From Escherichia phage vB_EcoM-E33: 64,000 nucleotides of DNA. Below, piece by piece: positions 44,827-54,025 of this stretch. Position 1 is the stretch's first letter; the number at the start of each line of letters is the position of its first letter. A model generated the notes under the pieces. The model saw only the letters and a program-made list of their open reading frames with translations, ran no database searches and was not told the DNA's origin. A program made the translations under genes and the position numbers. Where the stretch lies: the sequence record OL780484.1. One strand, given 5' to 3'.

Positions 44827-45048
44827 ATGTTTGTTTTAACTCAATTCTCTAAAGCGGTATATGGTTACTCCTGCCAGTGGGAAGTCTTTATCGATTCTCC
44901 TTCACCTAAGTACGGTGTTTTTGGACGAGTAACTACTCAAGCTTATGTTGCACGGCCGACTAAGCGCCAGCTTCGTAAACTTAAAAAGGCCCATCGCCAA
45001 CTGATTGAAAGAAGGGAACAATATGAGTGCAATGTGTACGGGCTCTAA
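44827..45048 (+). CDS. hypothetical basic protein
   Basis: 73-aa ORF. Confidence 0.4.
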   Translation: MFVLTQFSKAVYGYSCQWEVFIDSPSPKYGVFGRVTTQAYVARPTKRQLRKLKKAHRQLIERREQYECNVYGL

Positions 45049-45214
45049 GATTTCTGTATTCGAGTTATTCGAAGAATATGAAATCATATCAAAAGACCAA
45101 GAAGCTATCCATATTATTGCTGATGATGGTGTGACTTGGATTATTCCACTTTACCACGAAGATACCTATGAAGTCACTGATGCAAATGGTGATAAAGCTA
45201 TTTTCGTAATATAA
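45023..45214 (+). CDS. hypothetical acidic protein
   Basis: 63 aa; start uncertain (45005 or 45023). Confidence 0.3.
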   Translation: MSAMCTGSKISVFELFEEYEIISKDQEAIHIIADDGVTWIIPLYHEDTYEVTDANGDKAIFVI

Positions 45215-45217
45215 ATA
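45210..45217 (+). promoter_or_regulatory. T4-type late promoter TATAAATA
   Basis: TATAAATA followed by GGAG SD and ATG 45231. Confidence 0.4.
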
Positions 45218-45230
45218 AGGCCAGGAGCCT

Positions 45231-45392
45231 ATGAAATCTTTTAAAGAAGTTATGAACGAAGATATGGTCGCAGGCGATGCAGGTGGTAACCCATCTAATA
45301 TTGCCTCCGGAACTACCTCAGGCGCGGTCGTCAACAAAGGGCCTGAACAAATCCCATCTAAAAAGCGTAAAGAAAAATCCGAAAACGAATGA
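45231..45392 (+). CDS. small hypothetical protein (53 aa)
   Basis: Strong SD AGGAG 4 nt upstream; late-promoter motif just upstream; not in ORF track. Confidence 0.35.
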   Translation: MKSFKEVMNEDMVAGDAGGNPSNIASGTTSGAVVNKGPEQIPSKKRKEKSENE

Positions 45393-45430
45393 TATAATGG
45401 CTCTATTAATTTAGAGCCCAAGGAAAAATA

Positions 45431-46459
45431 ATGTCATATGTCGATAGAGAATTTGCTGTACGTGCCTTGAATTACCAACCTAAATTCAGACAAGTAACCG
45501 GTAGTGATTTTAAATTAAACTGCCGTTGTCGTGTATGTGGCGACTCCCTAAAAGATGAGAACAAAGCTCGTTTTTGGGCCTATCCGGCCAATGACGGCTC
45601 CGTAATGCTGCACTGTTTTAACTGTGACTATTCAGCAGGAATTAAGAAGTATCTATACGAATATGAGCCTGATTTATATCGAGAATATATTCTTGAGAAA
45701 CATAAAGAGCAATCGTTCGGGAGACAAGCTGCACCTAAGGTGGAGATATCAGAAAAGATTAAAGCCAAGATGCCTGTCATCGAAAAGCTTAATTTCTGTG
45801 AACGTCTGGATAGAATGCCAAAGGACCATCCTATTATCAAATATGTAACACTACGTTGCATTCCTGAAAACAAATGGAATCGCTTATGGTTTACTAAAGA
45901 ATGGCCGGCATTGGTGAACTCTGTCAATCCAGGGACCTATTCTAAAGAAATGCCTGAGCCTCGTTTGGTTATTCCAATTTTCAATAAGAATAAACAAATT
46001 GAAAGTTTTCAGGGTCGAGCCTTACGTAAAGATGCTCCACAAAAATATATTACAATAAAAGCTCATGACCAAGCTACAAAAATATATGGAATGGATACAG
46101 TTGACGAACGTCAGTTGGTGTGGGTAATGGAAGGCCCTATTGACTCTTTGTTTGTTCCGAATGCAATAGCAATTACTGGCGGGTCGTTGGACTTGGCTAT
46201 GGTTCCATGTAAAGAAACTCGTGCCTGGGTAATGGACAATGAACCCCGCCATCCTGACACAATTAAGCGTATGCAACGATTAGTTGATGCTGGCGAAAGG
46301 GTTCTATTCTGGGACAAGGCTCCATGGCCTTCTAAAGATATAAATGATATGATTATGAAAGATAAAGCTGATATAAATGATGTACTGGCATATATGAAAG
46401 CTAATATAGCCCAAGGTCTAATGGCTAAAATGAGACTTTCAAAATATTCTAAAATTTAG
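45431..46459 (+). CDS. 61: DNA primase gp61
   Basis: 342 aa; zinc-ribbon CRCRVCGDS...CFNCDY and EPDLYREYI match remembered T4 primase. Confidence 0.9.
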   Translation: MSYVDREFAVRALNYQPKFRQVTGSDFKLNCRCRVCGDSLKDENKARFWAYPANDGSVMLHCFNCDYSAGIKKYLYEYEPDLYREYILEKHKEQSFGRQAAPKVEISEKIKAKMPVIEKLNFCERLDRMPKDHPIIKYVTLRCIPENKWNRLWFTKEWPALVNSVNPGTYSKEMPEPRLVIPIFNKNKQIESFQGRALRKDAPQKYITIKAHDQATKIYGMDTVDERQLVWVMEGPIDSLFVPNAIAITGGSLDLAMVPCKETRAWVMDNEPRHPDTIKRMQRLVDAGERVLFWDKAPWPSKDINDMIMKDKADINDVLAYMKANIAQGLMAKMRLSKYSKI

Positions 46460-46656
46460 GCAGGAACTCCGCTAAAGAATCCAATTATGCTTAATACGTG
46501 TTCCATTGTAACCGCTGGTAAAATTATCCCTTGGCTAGCGGCTACAGGGACTACTAGAAGATTCCAAAGGAATACGTCTAGCGCAAGAAAACCTAACATC
46601 ATTTTCTTGTCTTTCTTTTCGGCCAATTTCCAGATTTGGTAAAAAATACTGCCCAT
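46456..46656 (-). CDS. small membrane protein (minus strand)
   Basis: 66 aa; AGGAGG SD 5 nt upstream of ATG on minus strand; hydrophobic; lies in an otherwise intergenic gap. Confidence 0.5.
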   Translation of the reverse strand: MGSIFYQIWKLAEKKDKKMMLGFLALDVFLWNLLVVPVAASQGIILPAVTMEHVLSIIGFFSGVPA

Positions 46657-46677
46657 GTTATCCTCCTGTTAAATTAA

Positions 46678-46685
46678 TATTTATA
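46678..46685 (-). promoter_or_regulatory. T4-type late promoter TATAAATA (minus strand)
   Basis: Reverse complement of TATTTATA, ~10 nt upstream of the SD of the minus-strand gene. Confidence 0.4.
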
Positions 46686-46688
46686 ACT

Positions 46689-46712
46689 TGCTTTACAAAT
46701 TAATGATACAAT
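46689..46712 (+). promoter_or_regulatory. possible MotA-type middle promoter (TGCTTTA-11-TACAAT)
   Basis: Mot box 46689-46695, -10 46707-46712; very short leader before ATG 46719. Confidence 0.3.
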
Positions 46713-46718
46713 TATCCC

Positions 46719-47375
46719 ATGAATTACGAAAAAATATACCAGGAATTAATATCTAAAGGAAAATTAAGAGGTTCTAAGCGGTCTTTATCATATTATACGG
46801 AAGAACACCATGTTATACCTAGATGTATGAATGGTTCTGATGATAAAAACAATTTAGTTGCTTTATTGCCAAGAGAACACTTTGTAGCTCATAGGCTTTT
46901 AACAAAAATATATCCCGAAGTAAAAGGTCTACATTATGCTGTTAATTTAATGAGATATAATAAAGGAGTTAAATTAACTAGTAGAACTATAGCCACGTTA
47001 AGAGAAAATAACGCTAAAGCATTTTCAGGAAAAAATAACCCGATGTTTGGTAAACCTTCCTGGATTAGAGGGATGAAAACTCCTGAAGAAACTAAAGCCA
47101 AAATGCGCCTGGCTCATAAAGATAAAATTATATCTGATGAAGCCAAGGCCAATATGAGTAAAGCTAGAAAAGGAAGATTTAGTGGTAAAGATTCCCCTAG
47201 ATATGGTTTGCCGAATCCTAGGCGTGGAGAAATATGGAATAGTTACGATATGCTTTACGAATTATGGGTTTACAATAATAAACCTAAACGCACCAAATTT
47301 AATAAAATAGCTGTTGATAATGGATATCCTGATATTTGTTATCGACGAATGATAGAAAACTTTAATAGGAAATAA
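46719..47375 (+). CDS. Mob-type HNH homing endonuclease
   Basis: HNH motif EEHHVIPRCMNGSDDKNNLVALLPREH; NUMOD3-like GKNNPMFGK; AT-rich; paralog of 11078-11842. Confidence 0.7.
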   Translation: MNYEKIYQELISKGKLRGSKRSLSYYTEEHHVIPRCMNGSDDKNNLVALLPREHFVAHRLLTKIYPEVKGLHYAVNLMRYNKGVKLTSRTIATLRENNAKAFSGKNNPMFGKPSWIRGMKTPEETKAKMRLAHKDKIISDEAKANMSKARKGRFSGKDSPRYGLPNPRRGEIWNSYDMLYELWVYNNKPKRTKFNKIAVDNGYPDICYRRMIENFNRK

Positions 47376-47379
47376 TATA

Positions 47380-47901
47380 ATGGCATTTTTTAACGAATGT
47401 AGTGGTTTGATTTCTGGTGTTGATAAAGCTGAGGAAGCTTATTTTAATGCTCTGATTCATGAAGATAAAGACCCTCTGCAGGTTATGCTTGATATGCAGA
47501 AATCATTACAGGTCCGTTTGGCTACTGAAAAATCTGAATTTAACTCTAACCCCGATGAACTGGCTACTGCAGGTCAAGTTGTCGATTGGCTTCGCAACCA
47601 GAAAGATTATATTGATGACGAATTCCGTGAACTGTTGACTTCTCTTGGTGGCATGAGTAATGGTGAGAAAGCCGCATCTAGCGTCTGGAAGCCTTGGAAA
47701 GCTCAGCACGGTGAATTCCGTAACCGTCGTATTGACGAACTCTCTCCTGAAGACCAGCTTGAAATTAAATTCGAGATGATTGATATTCTGCACTTTGTTC
47801 TGAATATGTTCCAAGGTCTTGGTCTGTCAGCCGAAGAAATCTTTAAGTTGTATTACCTGAAAAACGCTGAGAACTTTGCTCGTCAAGACCGAGGTTATTA
47901 A
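47380..47901 (+). CDS. 56: dCTP pyrophosphatase gp56 (MazG-like all-alpha NTP-PPase)
   Basis: 173 aa; DDEFRELL and EMIDILHFVL resemble MazG-type motifs; T4-like position next to 61. Confidence 0.6.
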   Translation: MAFFNECSGLISGVDKAEEAYFNALIHEDKDPLQVMLDMQKSLQVRLATEKSEFNSNPDELATAGQVVDWLRNQKDYIDDEFRELLTSLGGMSNGEKAASSVWKPWKAQHGEFRNRRIDELSPEDQLEIKFEMIDILHFVLNMFQGLGLSAEEIFKLYYLKNAENFARQDRGY

Positions 47902-48041
47902 TGCCTCGTTTAAATAAACGTCAACTAAAAAAGTTGAATAAGAAAAGGGCGAAAGCCTTTACTGCCTTATTACGTAATGAAATAACTAAAGAAATAGACC
48001 AAGAGATTATTGAACAACTTTGGAAAGCCGCCAAATTGTAA
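47901..48041 (+). CDS. small basic hypothetical protein (46 aa)
   Basis: TAATG overlap with gp56 stop; not in ORF track. Confidence 0.3.
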   Translation: MPRLNKRQLKKLNKKRAKAFTALLRNEITKEIDQEIIEQLWKAAKL

Positions 48042-48043
48042 GT

Positions 48044-48051
48044 TATAAATA
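48044..48051 (+). promoter_or_regulatory. T4-type late promoter TATAAATA upstream of soc
   Basis: TATAAATA 31 nt upstream of soc ATG; soc is a late gene. Confidence 0.45.
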
Positions 48052-48082
48052 CACCTGTAATTAAACAACAAAGGAGTTAATT

Positions 48083-48316
48083 ATGGGTGGTTTCGTTAAT
48101 ATCAAAACCTTTACACATCCAGCTGGTGAAGGTAAAGAAGTTAAAGGTACTGAGGTTTCGGTTCCGTTTGAGATTTATTCAAACGAGCACCGTATTGCAG
48201 ACTCTCATTATCAGACTTTCCCTTCGGCCGTTGCAGCCTATACTACTGTAGTGACTGATGCAGCCGATTGGCGAACTAAGAACGCAGCAATGTTCACGCC
48301 GACCCCAGTAGTTTAA
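48083..48316 (+). CDS. soc: small outer capsid protein Soc
   Basis: 77 aa; VNIKTF...HYQTFPS...AAY matches remembered T4 Soc. Confidence 0.65.
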   Translation: MGGFVNIKTFTHPAGEGKEVKGTEVSVPFEIYSNEHRIADSHYQTFPSAVAAYTTVVTDAADWRTKNAAMFTPTPVV

Positions 48317-48322
48317 TTATAA

Positions 48323-48345
48323 GGAACCTTCGGGTTCCTTTTTTT
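48323..48345 (+). terminator. rho-independent terminator
   Basis: GGAACC-ttcg-GGTTCC followed by T7. Confidence 0.7.
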
Positions 48346-48411
48346 GGTTTTAAGGGTTTACTTTCTAGGAAGGCCGTGTTAAGATGGTCTTATCTTATAG
48401 AGGAGAACACT

Positions 48412-48621
48412 ATGTTAAATCGTTGGATTAAACCAAATAAAACTTTGGATGAAATTATCGCTAATCATGTATTGAAAAAGTACTTTTATACTCCTTGGTA
48501 TACCGAAGTTATTGTCCATTCATTTATGATGCATGAAGACGGTTCTATCGAATTTAATGCTGAAATCCGTCACGAGACTGATGATAACGATAAAGTTGAA
48601 TTTAAACGAGGTTTCCTATGA
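48412..48621 (+). CDS. hypothetical protein
   Basis: 69 aa from ATG 48412 after GAGGAG SD. Confidence 0.4.
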   Translation: MLNRWIKPNKTLDEIIANHVLKKYFYTPWYTEVIVHSFMMHEDGSIEFNAEIRHETDDNDKVEFKRGFL

Positions 48622-48953
48622 TTCGTTGGCTTAAGAATTTTTTCAAGATTACCCCTGGCGAAGGGCCGGTTCCTATTAGTCCATCAGACGTTAAGTTAAG
48701 GGAATATGTTTATGTGGGCGATGGTATGATGGAAGAAGTTATCCGTCAACCTGAAAAAGCCGGTAATGTAGGCCCGGGTGCCCTTCCTTTGAATTCTAAA
48801 AAGTTTAAAGAGCATCTAGAAGCTCGTCGCACAAGCCATATTGATACTACTCCTATTATGGTTGCGGCTGCTGTCAGTTCTTGGACTGGTGATTCTTCTT
48901 ATTCGTCTTATGACTCAGGAAGCTGTGACTCATCGTCCGGCTCGTGTGATTAA
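48618..48953 (+). CDS. hypothetical protein with Ser/Cys-rich C-terminal tail
   Basis: 111 aa; tail SSWTGDSSYSSYDSGSCDSSSGSCD. Confidence 0.45.
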   Translation: MIRWLKNFFKITPGEGPVPISPSDVKLREYVYVGDGMMEEVIRQPEKAGNVGPGALPLNSKKFKEHLEARRTSHIDTTPIMVAAAVSSWTGDSSYSSYDSGSCDSSSGSCD

Positions 48954-49153
48954 TGAAACCTTTATCATGGCTTAAAGATTGGCTGGACCGTCCTGGTGAT
49001 TATCTTGATGACGGGTGGTTGGACCAAGCTAATGCAGAAATGAAACGCGAGTCCGAAGAATGGATTCTTAAAGGTATCCGTGAAGAACGCGAAAAGAAAT
49101 TAGAACGCGAAGCTCTTAGAATTATGCGTGACATCTATGGGGATAAATCATGA
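48953..49153 (+). CDS. hypothetical protein
   Basis: 66-aa ORF. Confidence 0.4.
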   Translation: MKPLSWLKDWLDRPGDYLDDGWLDQANAEMKRESEEWILKGIREEREKKLEREALRIMRDIYGDKS

Positions 49154-49317
49154 CTACTGAAGAGGCCGAAAAACAAGCTAAAGAGGCACTGGATTTGCTT
49201 CTTAAAATTGGTAGTAAAATGATGAAAGAAAACGAGAAATACATCCAAGAAAATAAAATTCCGGATGGTCCTTTAGTAGGTAAACTAAGAAGAGGAAATC
49301 ATAATGAAAGTTTATGA
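49150..49317 (+). CDS. small hypothetical protein (55 aa)
   Basis: ATGA overlap with upstream stop; not in ORF track. Confidence 0.3.
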   Translation: MTTEEAEKQAKEALDLLLKIGSKMMKENEKYIQENKIPDGPLVGKLRRGNHNESL

Positions 49318-49792
49318 ACTAGAATTCCATGTACGTGATTCATCTGGACAGACACGTCCTTATGATGCTACAGTGTGTCTTATCTTTGTCGACAATGGTA
49401 CGAATTCTATAACCCAGTTAGAAACACGATTAAAAGATATTAAGCTTCCAGAAAATATTATGATGAAGGCTTACCATAACAAAAATGTTGATGTTGCTGA
49501 AGATTGTCCTTTTAGCCTGGCTGAAGCATTACATATCAAGGGTTATCGCCATCCGGACCCGTATGGCGAAGGAACAATGGACATTTTCTATAAAGATACC
49601 GATAGAATGTCCAACGAACGTCTTAAAGGTCGTACTTATCTTATTTCCGCTACCGAAGACCTTATTGAAGTTGAACGTCAGATTTGGAAGCACTTTGATA
49701 TTGGATTGCGCTTTACCATGACTGAAGACGCTATTCGTGATGCTAAGGTACGAGCTCGTATGTACGAGTACGGTCCTATCGGTGGTTACTAA
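49304..49792 (+). CDS. hypothetical protein
   Basis: 162-aa ORF. Confidence 0.45.
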   Translation: MKVYELEFHVRDSSGQTRPYDATVCLIFVDNGTNSITQLETRLKDIKLPENIMMKAYHNKNVDVAEDCPFSLAEALHIKGYRHPDPYGEGTMDIFYKDTDRMSNERLKGRTYLISATEDLIEVERQIWKHFDIGLRFTMTEDAIRDAKVRARMYEYGPIGGY

Positions 49793-49980
49793 TGGACTTA
49801 TTTGATATGTTTGTCATTCCGGACCCTGAGCCTGAAACAACTCAGGAGCCGCCTGTTGACCTTGTCAACGAACTTGATATGATTATACAGAAGCATGGTT
49901 TTAAGTTGCCTAAAGATGTTCTTAGTGACCTAGCTTCTTATTACTTAGACCCTCCACCCTGGGCTCCTTGGGTAAAATAA
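49792..49980 (+). CDS. hypothetical acidic protein
   Basis: 62-aa ORF. Confidence 0.4.
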   Translation: MDLFDMFVIPDPEPETTQEPPVDLVNELDMIIQKHGFKLPKDVLSDLASYYLDPPPWAPWVK

Positions 49981-49982
49981 AG

Positions 49983-50034
49983 TTTTACACCTCCTCCCTT
50001 CATGTTATAATGACCTCTAAATCACTGGAGGTCA
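49983..50034 (+). promoter_or_regulatory. early promoter (TTTTAC ... TATAAT 50006-50011) followed by inverted repeat TGACCTC/GAGGTCA containing the SD
   Basis: 7-bp arms at 50011-50017 and 50028-50034; SD GGAGGT lies in the 3' arm. Confidence 0.5.
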
Positions 50035-50035
50035 T

Positions 50036-50605
50036 ATGAACATCGAACAAAAATGTCTTTATCAAGACCGAATCAATTCCAAATTCTCAAAACACGAACA
50101 GAATCTTTTAGAAAAATGTCTGGATGCTAAAAAAGACCCTAACTTCCATTACGACCTTGACAAACTGGTTCGCAAGCATGTTACTTCAGCGGTTCCAGTA
50201 GAGTTGTATCGTGGGATTACCACCAGAGAACTTGAGCAATTAGAGCTCCTTTCAGTAGGGTGTCAATGGTCTCCTGGTCGAGTTACTTCTTTTAGTACAC
50301 AATACTCTCAGGCTCGTCAGTTCGCAGGGGCGTGGGAATATGGAACCAAAACCATTTTAAGTCTCAGGAATGCACCGTTCATTTTCGACTACTACAACCA
50401 TGCTATAGACCTTGTTCTTGCAGGGAATGTAGACGCCCTTGAAATTGATGAAACTCGTATTGACCTCTATGATATGGTCGAAACTGAATGTGAGTTCATG
50501 GTCTCTAGCCAATCGCGATTTGAGATTGTTGCAATCGAAACCGTCAAAAGAGACCCGTATGATATCGAGTACAAAACAATTCATTTAAAAATGTTGGATT
50601 TTTAG
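50036..50605 (+). CDS. Mod-type ADP-ribosyltransferase (ModA/ModB family)
   Basis: R-S-E motifs: LYRGI, SFS, ECEF; tandem paralog of the next gene; T4 mod-like position. Confidence 0.55.
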   Translation: MNIEQKCLYQDRINSKFSKHEQNLLEKCLDAKKDPNFHYDLDKLVRKHVTSAVPVELYRGITTRELEQLELLSVGCQWSPGRVTSFSTQYSQARQFAGAWEYGTKTILSLRNAPFIFDYYNHAIDLVLAGNVDALEIDETRIDLYDMVETECEFMVSSQSRFEIVAIETVKRDPYDIEYKTIHLKMLDF

Positions 50606-50659
50606 TTTACAGGCAAGGAAGCTTGTGGTACTATCTTTCTACCAACTGAGGAGAATAAT

Positions 50660-51274
50660 ATGTTATACCCTAACCACAGATTATCAGAGTTCTATGACAA
50701 TGTTAAGTGCGATGATTTCCGTGAAAACATTCAGTGTGAAATCGACCAGCAGTATTCTGATTTAGAACAGAGTACCCTCTGGCTGTGTATGGAAAATAAA
50801 CCGGATTGCATCCAAGAAACTCTGAATAAAATTATCCGTAAGAATCTGACTTCTGTAGTGCCTGACAAGCTGTACCGTGGAATTTCTAAGAAAACTTTGA
50901 AATACCTTGAATCGGTAGGATGTGTCGGCGCTACTATTGAATTTGACAGGGTAATGAGCTTCTCTAAAGATTTTAAGATTGCCCGTAATTTTGCTTCATA
51001 TAATTTTTACGGAACTAAAAATATTTTCTGTATTAACGATGCCCCCTTTGCATTTGATTATCAGGAAGCAATCTTTAAAATGATTTGTGGCGCTCCTCCC
51101 GAAGAGTTCAACGGGCCGTATCCTGAAATAACTCGAACTTCAAACTTACAACTAGTGAATGATGAGGATGAGATGATGTTCCCTGCGGGAACTACGCTGC
51201 GCGTAGACTCTATTGAGAAGGTTTATGGATGGCAAGATTATACATTATGGAATCTTTCCGTTCTTTCTTACTGA
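50660..51274 (+). CDS. Mod-type ADP-ribosyltransferase (ModA/ModB family)
   Basis: LYRGIS, SFS, DEDEMMF; paralog of 50036-50605. Confidence 0.55.
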   Translation: MLYPNHRLSEFYDNVKCDDFRENIQCEIDQQYSDLEQSTLWLCMENKPDCIQETLNKIIRKNLTSVVPDKLYRGISKKTLKYLESVGCVGATIEFDRVMSFSKDFKIARNFASYNFYGTKNIFCINDAPFAFDYQEAIFKMICGAPPEEFNGPYPEITRTSNLQLVNDEDEMMFPAGTTLRVDSIEKVYGWQDYTLWNLSVLSY

Positions 51275-51343
51275 ACCACCCGGTTTAATTGAAAGGCAAA
51301 GTCCTTGATTCATTATACCGTCGAAAATTTAAAGCAAAAAAGT

Positions 51344-51372
51344 GTTTACTTTATCAAGCAACATGATACTAT
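51344..51372 (+). promoter_or_regulatory. early promoter (GTTTAC ... TGATACTAT)
   Basis: -35 51344-51349, -10 51367-51372. Confidence 0.55.
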
Positions 51373-51414
51373 AGACACCTATCAACTAATCGTCCGTAAG
51401 ATGAGAAAAATACC

Positions 51415-52149
51415 ATGACCCCTGAATTTGAATTAAAGGTTTACAAACGTCGCGAACACACTAAAGCCTCTGCCAAAAAACGTGGTAAGGACTTCAATCT
51501 GTCTAGTAATTATGTTCGTAGACTTCTCGAACAAAAAGTGTGTGCTTATTCAGGCGAACGTTTTGATGAGAATTCAGTTAGTGATAAGATTTCATTTGAA
51601 CGTTTTAATAATGATATTGGTTATATCGAAGGTAATGTAATCCCAGTTAAAGTCAAGTACAATAGCTTACGTGCTGATTTGTCTTTAGATGAATTGAAAC
51701 GTGCACAGACTCGTTTAGCGTCCCGTATTTCAGGTGGTTCTAAAATGCCTAATAGTTTTAAAGTTACCCCAGATAATTATTATAAAATTCGTAAAATAGT
51801 TAAAAATATTAAAGATACCCAAAGAGGTCTTAAAAAGCGTGAAAAACGTCTTAAGGACCTTATTAAATCAGGAGCTACTGATAAGACCCCTTCTGTCATC
51901 GCGGTTAAGGCCCGTATCCATGGTTCTAACGCTTCAATAGGTACTATGGAAAAGGGTCTTAAATCTTTAATTGGTGGGCCTGATTGGCGTGTCAAGTTTA
52001 AATTGTCTGAAGCAGAAACGCGTTACGATATGTATGATAAAATTATTCAAGGTCTGGAGCGTTTAGAACACCTTTCTTTTATTGACAAAATGAAGTTGAA
52101 AAAAGGTCTTCCGCTGAATGCTTCAATTTTTTCACTGATTAGAGGTTAA
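51415..52149 (+). CDS. hypothetical protein (Srd-position)
   Basis: 244 aa between mod genes and dda, where T4 has srd; sequence not recognised. Confidence 0.4.
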   Translation: MTPEFELKVYKRREHTKASAKKRGKDFNLSSNYVRRLLEQKVCAYSGERFDENSVSDKISFERFNNDIGYIEGNVIPVKVKYNSLRADLSLDELKRAQTRLASRISGGSKMPNSFKVTPDNYYKIRKIVKNIKDTQRGLKKREKRLKDLIKSGATDKTPSVIAVKARIHGSNASIGTMEKGLKSLIGGPDWRVKFKLSEAETRYDMYDKIIQGLERLEHLSFIDKMKLKKGLPLNASIFSLIRG

Positions 52150-52150
52150 C

Positions 52151-52450
52151 GTGATGTACTATGCATACGTATTAGTTCACAAGGACAAAGACGGGTACGA
52201 AATTCCATTAGAAGAGGCCGGTGAGGTGACTTTGTATTCGACAAAGATTGGAGCCGATACCGCTCTATCCGTTTATGAAATGTCAACAAAAAGATATCTT
52301 CGGCTTGGACGCCTTGAAACGGTGTGCACACCTAGAAAATGGTGGTTTGATAAGTGGGAAACTAAAACAGTATATCCTACCGAAGAACGAGCCCGAGAAC
52401 TTAAATTAGTTTTAGACACTTTATATGTTAAGCGAGTAAAATTGGCATGA
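52151..52450 (+). CDS. hypothetical protein
   Basis: 99-aa ORF upstream of dda. Confidence 0.4.
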   Translation: MMYYAYVLVHKDKDGYEIPLEEAGEVTLYSTKIGADTALSVYEMSTKRYLRLGRLETVCTPRKWWFDKWETKTVYPTEERARELKLVLDTLYVKRVKLA

Positions 52451-53778
52451 TTACATTTGAAGACTTGAACATCGGCCAGAGGACGGCCTTTAAAGAAATC
52501 ATTGAAGCTATTAAACGACGTAAGGGCGAATGGATTACATTGAACGGCCCTGCTGGTACGGGTAAAACAACCCTTACCAAATTTATTCTTGACCATCTAG
52601 TCAAGAATGGTGAACTCGGAGTTATTTTGACTGCACCTACCCATGCGGCCAAAAAGGTGTTGTCGAAACTCGCAGGTCAAGAAGCATCAACAATCCATAG
52701 AATCTTAAAGATTAACCCTACTACGTACGAAGACCAGGACATCTTTGAACAACGCGAAGCTCCTGACTTGAGCAAATGTAACGTTCTGGTTGTTGATGAA
52801 GGCTCGATGATTGACGGTAAGCTGTTTAAGATTATCGAATCTTCAGTGCCACCATGGTGTACTGTATTAGGGATTGGCGACAGAGCTCAGCTACAGCCAG
52901 TGGAACCTGGAAGTGATGGTAGTCCACAGTTGTCTCCGTTCTTTACCCATCCAAAAATCAAGCAATTGCATTTGACCGAAGTAATGCGTAGCAATGCTCC
53001 AATCATTGAGGTTGCTACTGAAATCCGTAATGGTGGGTGGTTTAGAGATTGTGTATTCGAAGGACATGGTGTCCATGGTTTTAAATCCCAAACAGCATTA
53101 AAAGATTTTATGATGAATTATTTTTCCATTGTAAAAGATGCTGATGCCCTGTTTGAGAATAGGATGTTTGCTTATACCAATAAATCGGTTGAAAAGCTGA
53201 ATAGCATTATTCGTAAAAAGCTTTATGAAACCGATGCACCTTATATCAAGGGCGAAATCCTAGTGATGCAAGAGCCTTTTATGAAGGAACTTGAATACGA
53301 TGGTAAGAAATTCTCTGAAACCATTTTTAATAATGGACAAATGGTTCGTATTCTGGATGTGAACCATACCTCGTTGTTTTTGTCTGCTAAGGATGTAGGC
53401 ACTCGTCAAATGATTAATTACTGGGACCTGCAAGTAGAATCTGTTGATGAAGACGACGAGTACTATGTAGAGCATTTAAAGGTTATCGATGAGGCTTCAG
53501 TTGAGAAGTTCCATTATTTCTTGGCTAAGGTTGCTACAGAGTACAAAGCCATGCGTGGTAGTGGTAAGAAACCTAAGTGGGCTGATTTCTGGAAAGCCAA
53601 GCGAATGTTCAGTAAGGTTCGAGCTCTTCCTGTGAGCACTGTTCATAAATCCCAAGGACTTACAGTCCAAAACAGTTTCATCTATACTCCATGCATGCAT
53701 ATGGCTGATGCGAATTTAGCTTCACAGCTGGCTTATGTTAGTATTACTCGTGCTCGTACTGACGCCTACTACGTTTGA
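52447..53778 (+). CDS. dda: Dda DNA helicase (SF1B)
   Basis: 443 aa; Walker A GPAGTGKTT, AAPTHAAKK, colinear with remembered T4 Dda. Confidence 0.9.
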   Translation: MITFEDLNIGQRTAFKEIIEAIKRRKGEWITLNGPAGTGKTTLTKFILDHLVKNGELGVILTAPTHAAKKVLSKLAGQEASTIHRILKINPTTYEDQDIFEQREAPDLSKCNVLVVDEGSMIDGKLFKIIESSVPPWCTVLGIGDRAQLQPVEPGSDGSPQLSPFFTHPKIKQLHLTEVMRSNAPIIEVATEIRNGGWFRDCVFEGHGVHGFKSQTALKDFMMNYFSIVKDADALFENRMFAYTNKSVEKLNSIIRKKLYETDAPYIKGEILVMQEPFMKELEYDGKKFSETIFNNGQMVRILDVNHTSLFLSAKDVGTRQMINYWDLQVESVDEDDEYYVEHLKVIDEASVEKFHYFLAKVATEYKAMRGSGKKPKWADFWKAKRMFSKVRALPVSTVHKSQGLTVQNSFIYTPCMHMADANLASQLAYVSITRARTDAYYV

Positions 53779-53785
53779 GGAAAAT

Positions 53786-54025
53786 ATGATTAAAGTAACT
53801 AAAGACCAATTTTATAAGTTGAAATTCGAAACCGAACATATTATTAAAGTCAACCAAAATAATATCAGCATTAGGCAAAAGGCCCATACTGTCCTGAACT
53901 CTCTTAAAGAGATTGAAAGTGATTTTATTGCAGTACAAAATCTGATGGACGACAATATCTCTTCGGTTTATATTGAAGACTACACTGTTGGCCAAATCCG
54001 AGACCTTATGAGGTACGTTAAATGA
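53786..54025 (+). CDS. hypothetical protein
   Basis: 79 aa from ATG 53786 after GAGGAAA SD. Confidence 0.4.
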   Translation: MIKVTKDQFYKLKFETEHIIKVNQNNISIRQKAHTVLNSLKEIESDFIAVQNLMDDNISSVYIEDYTVGQIRDLMRYVK

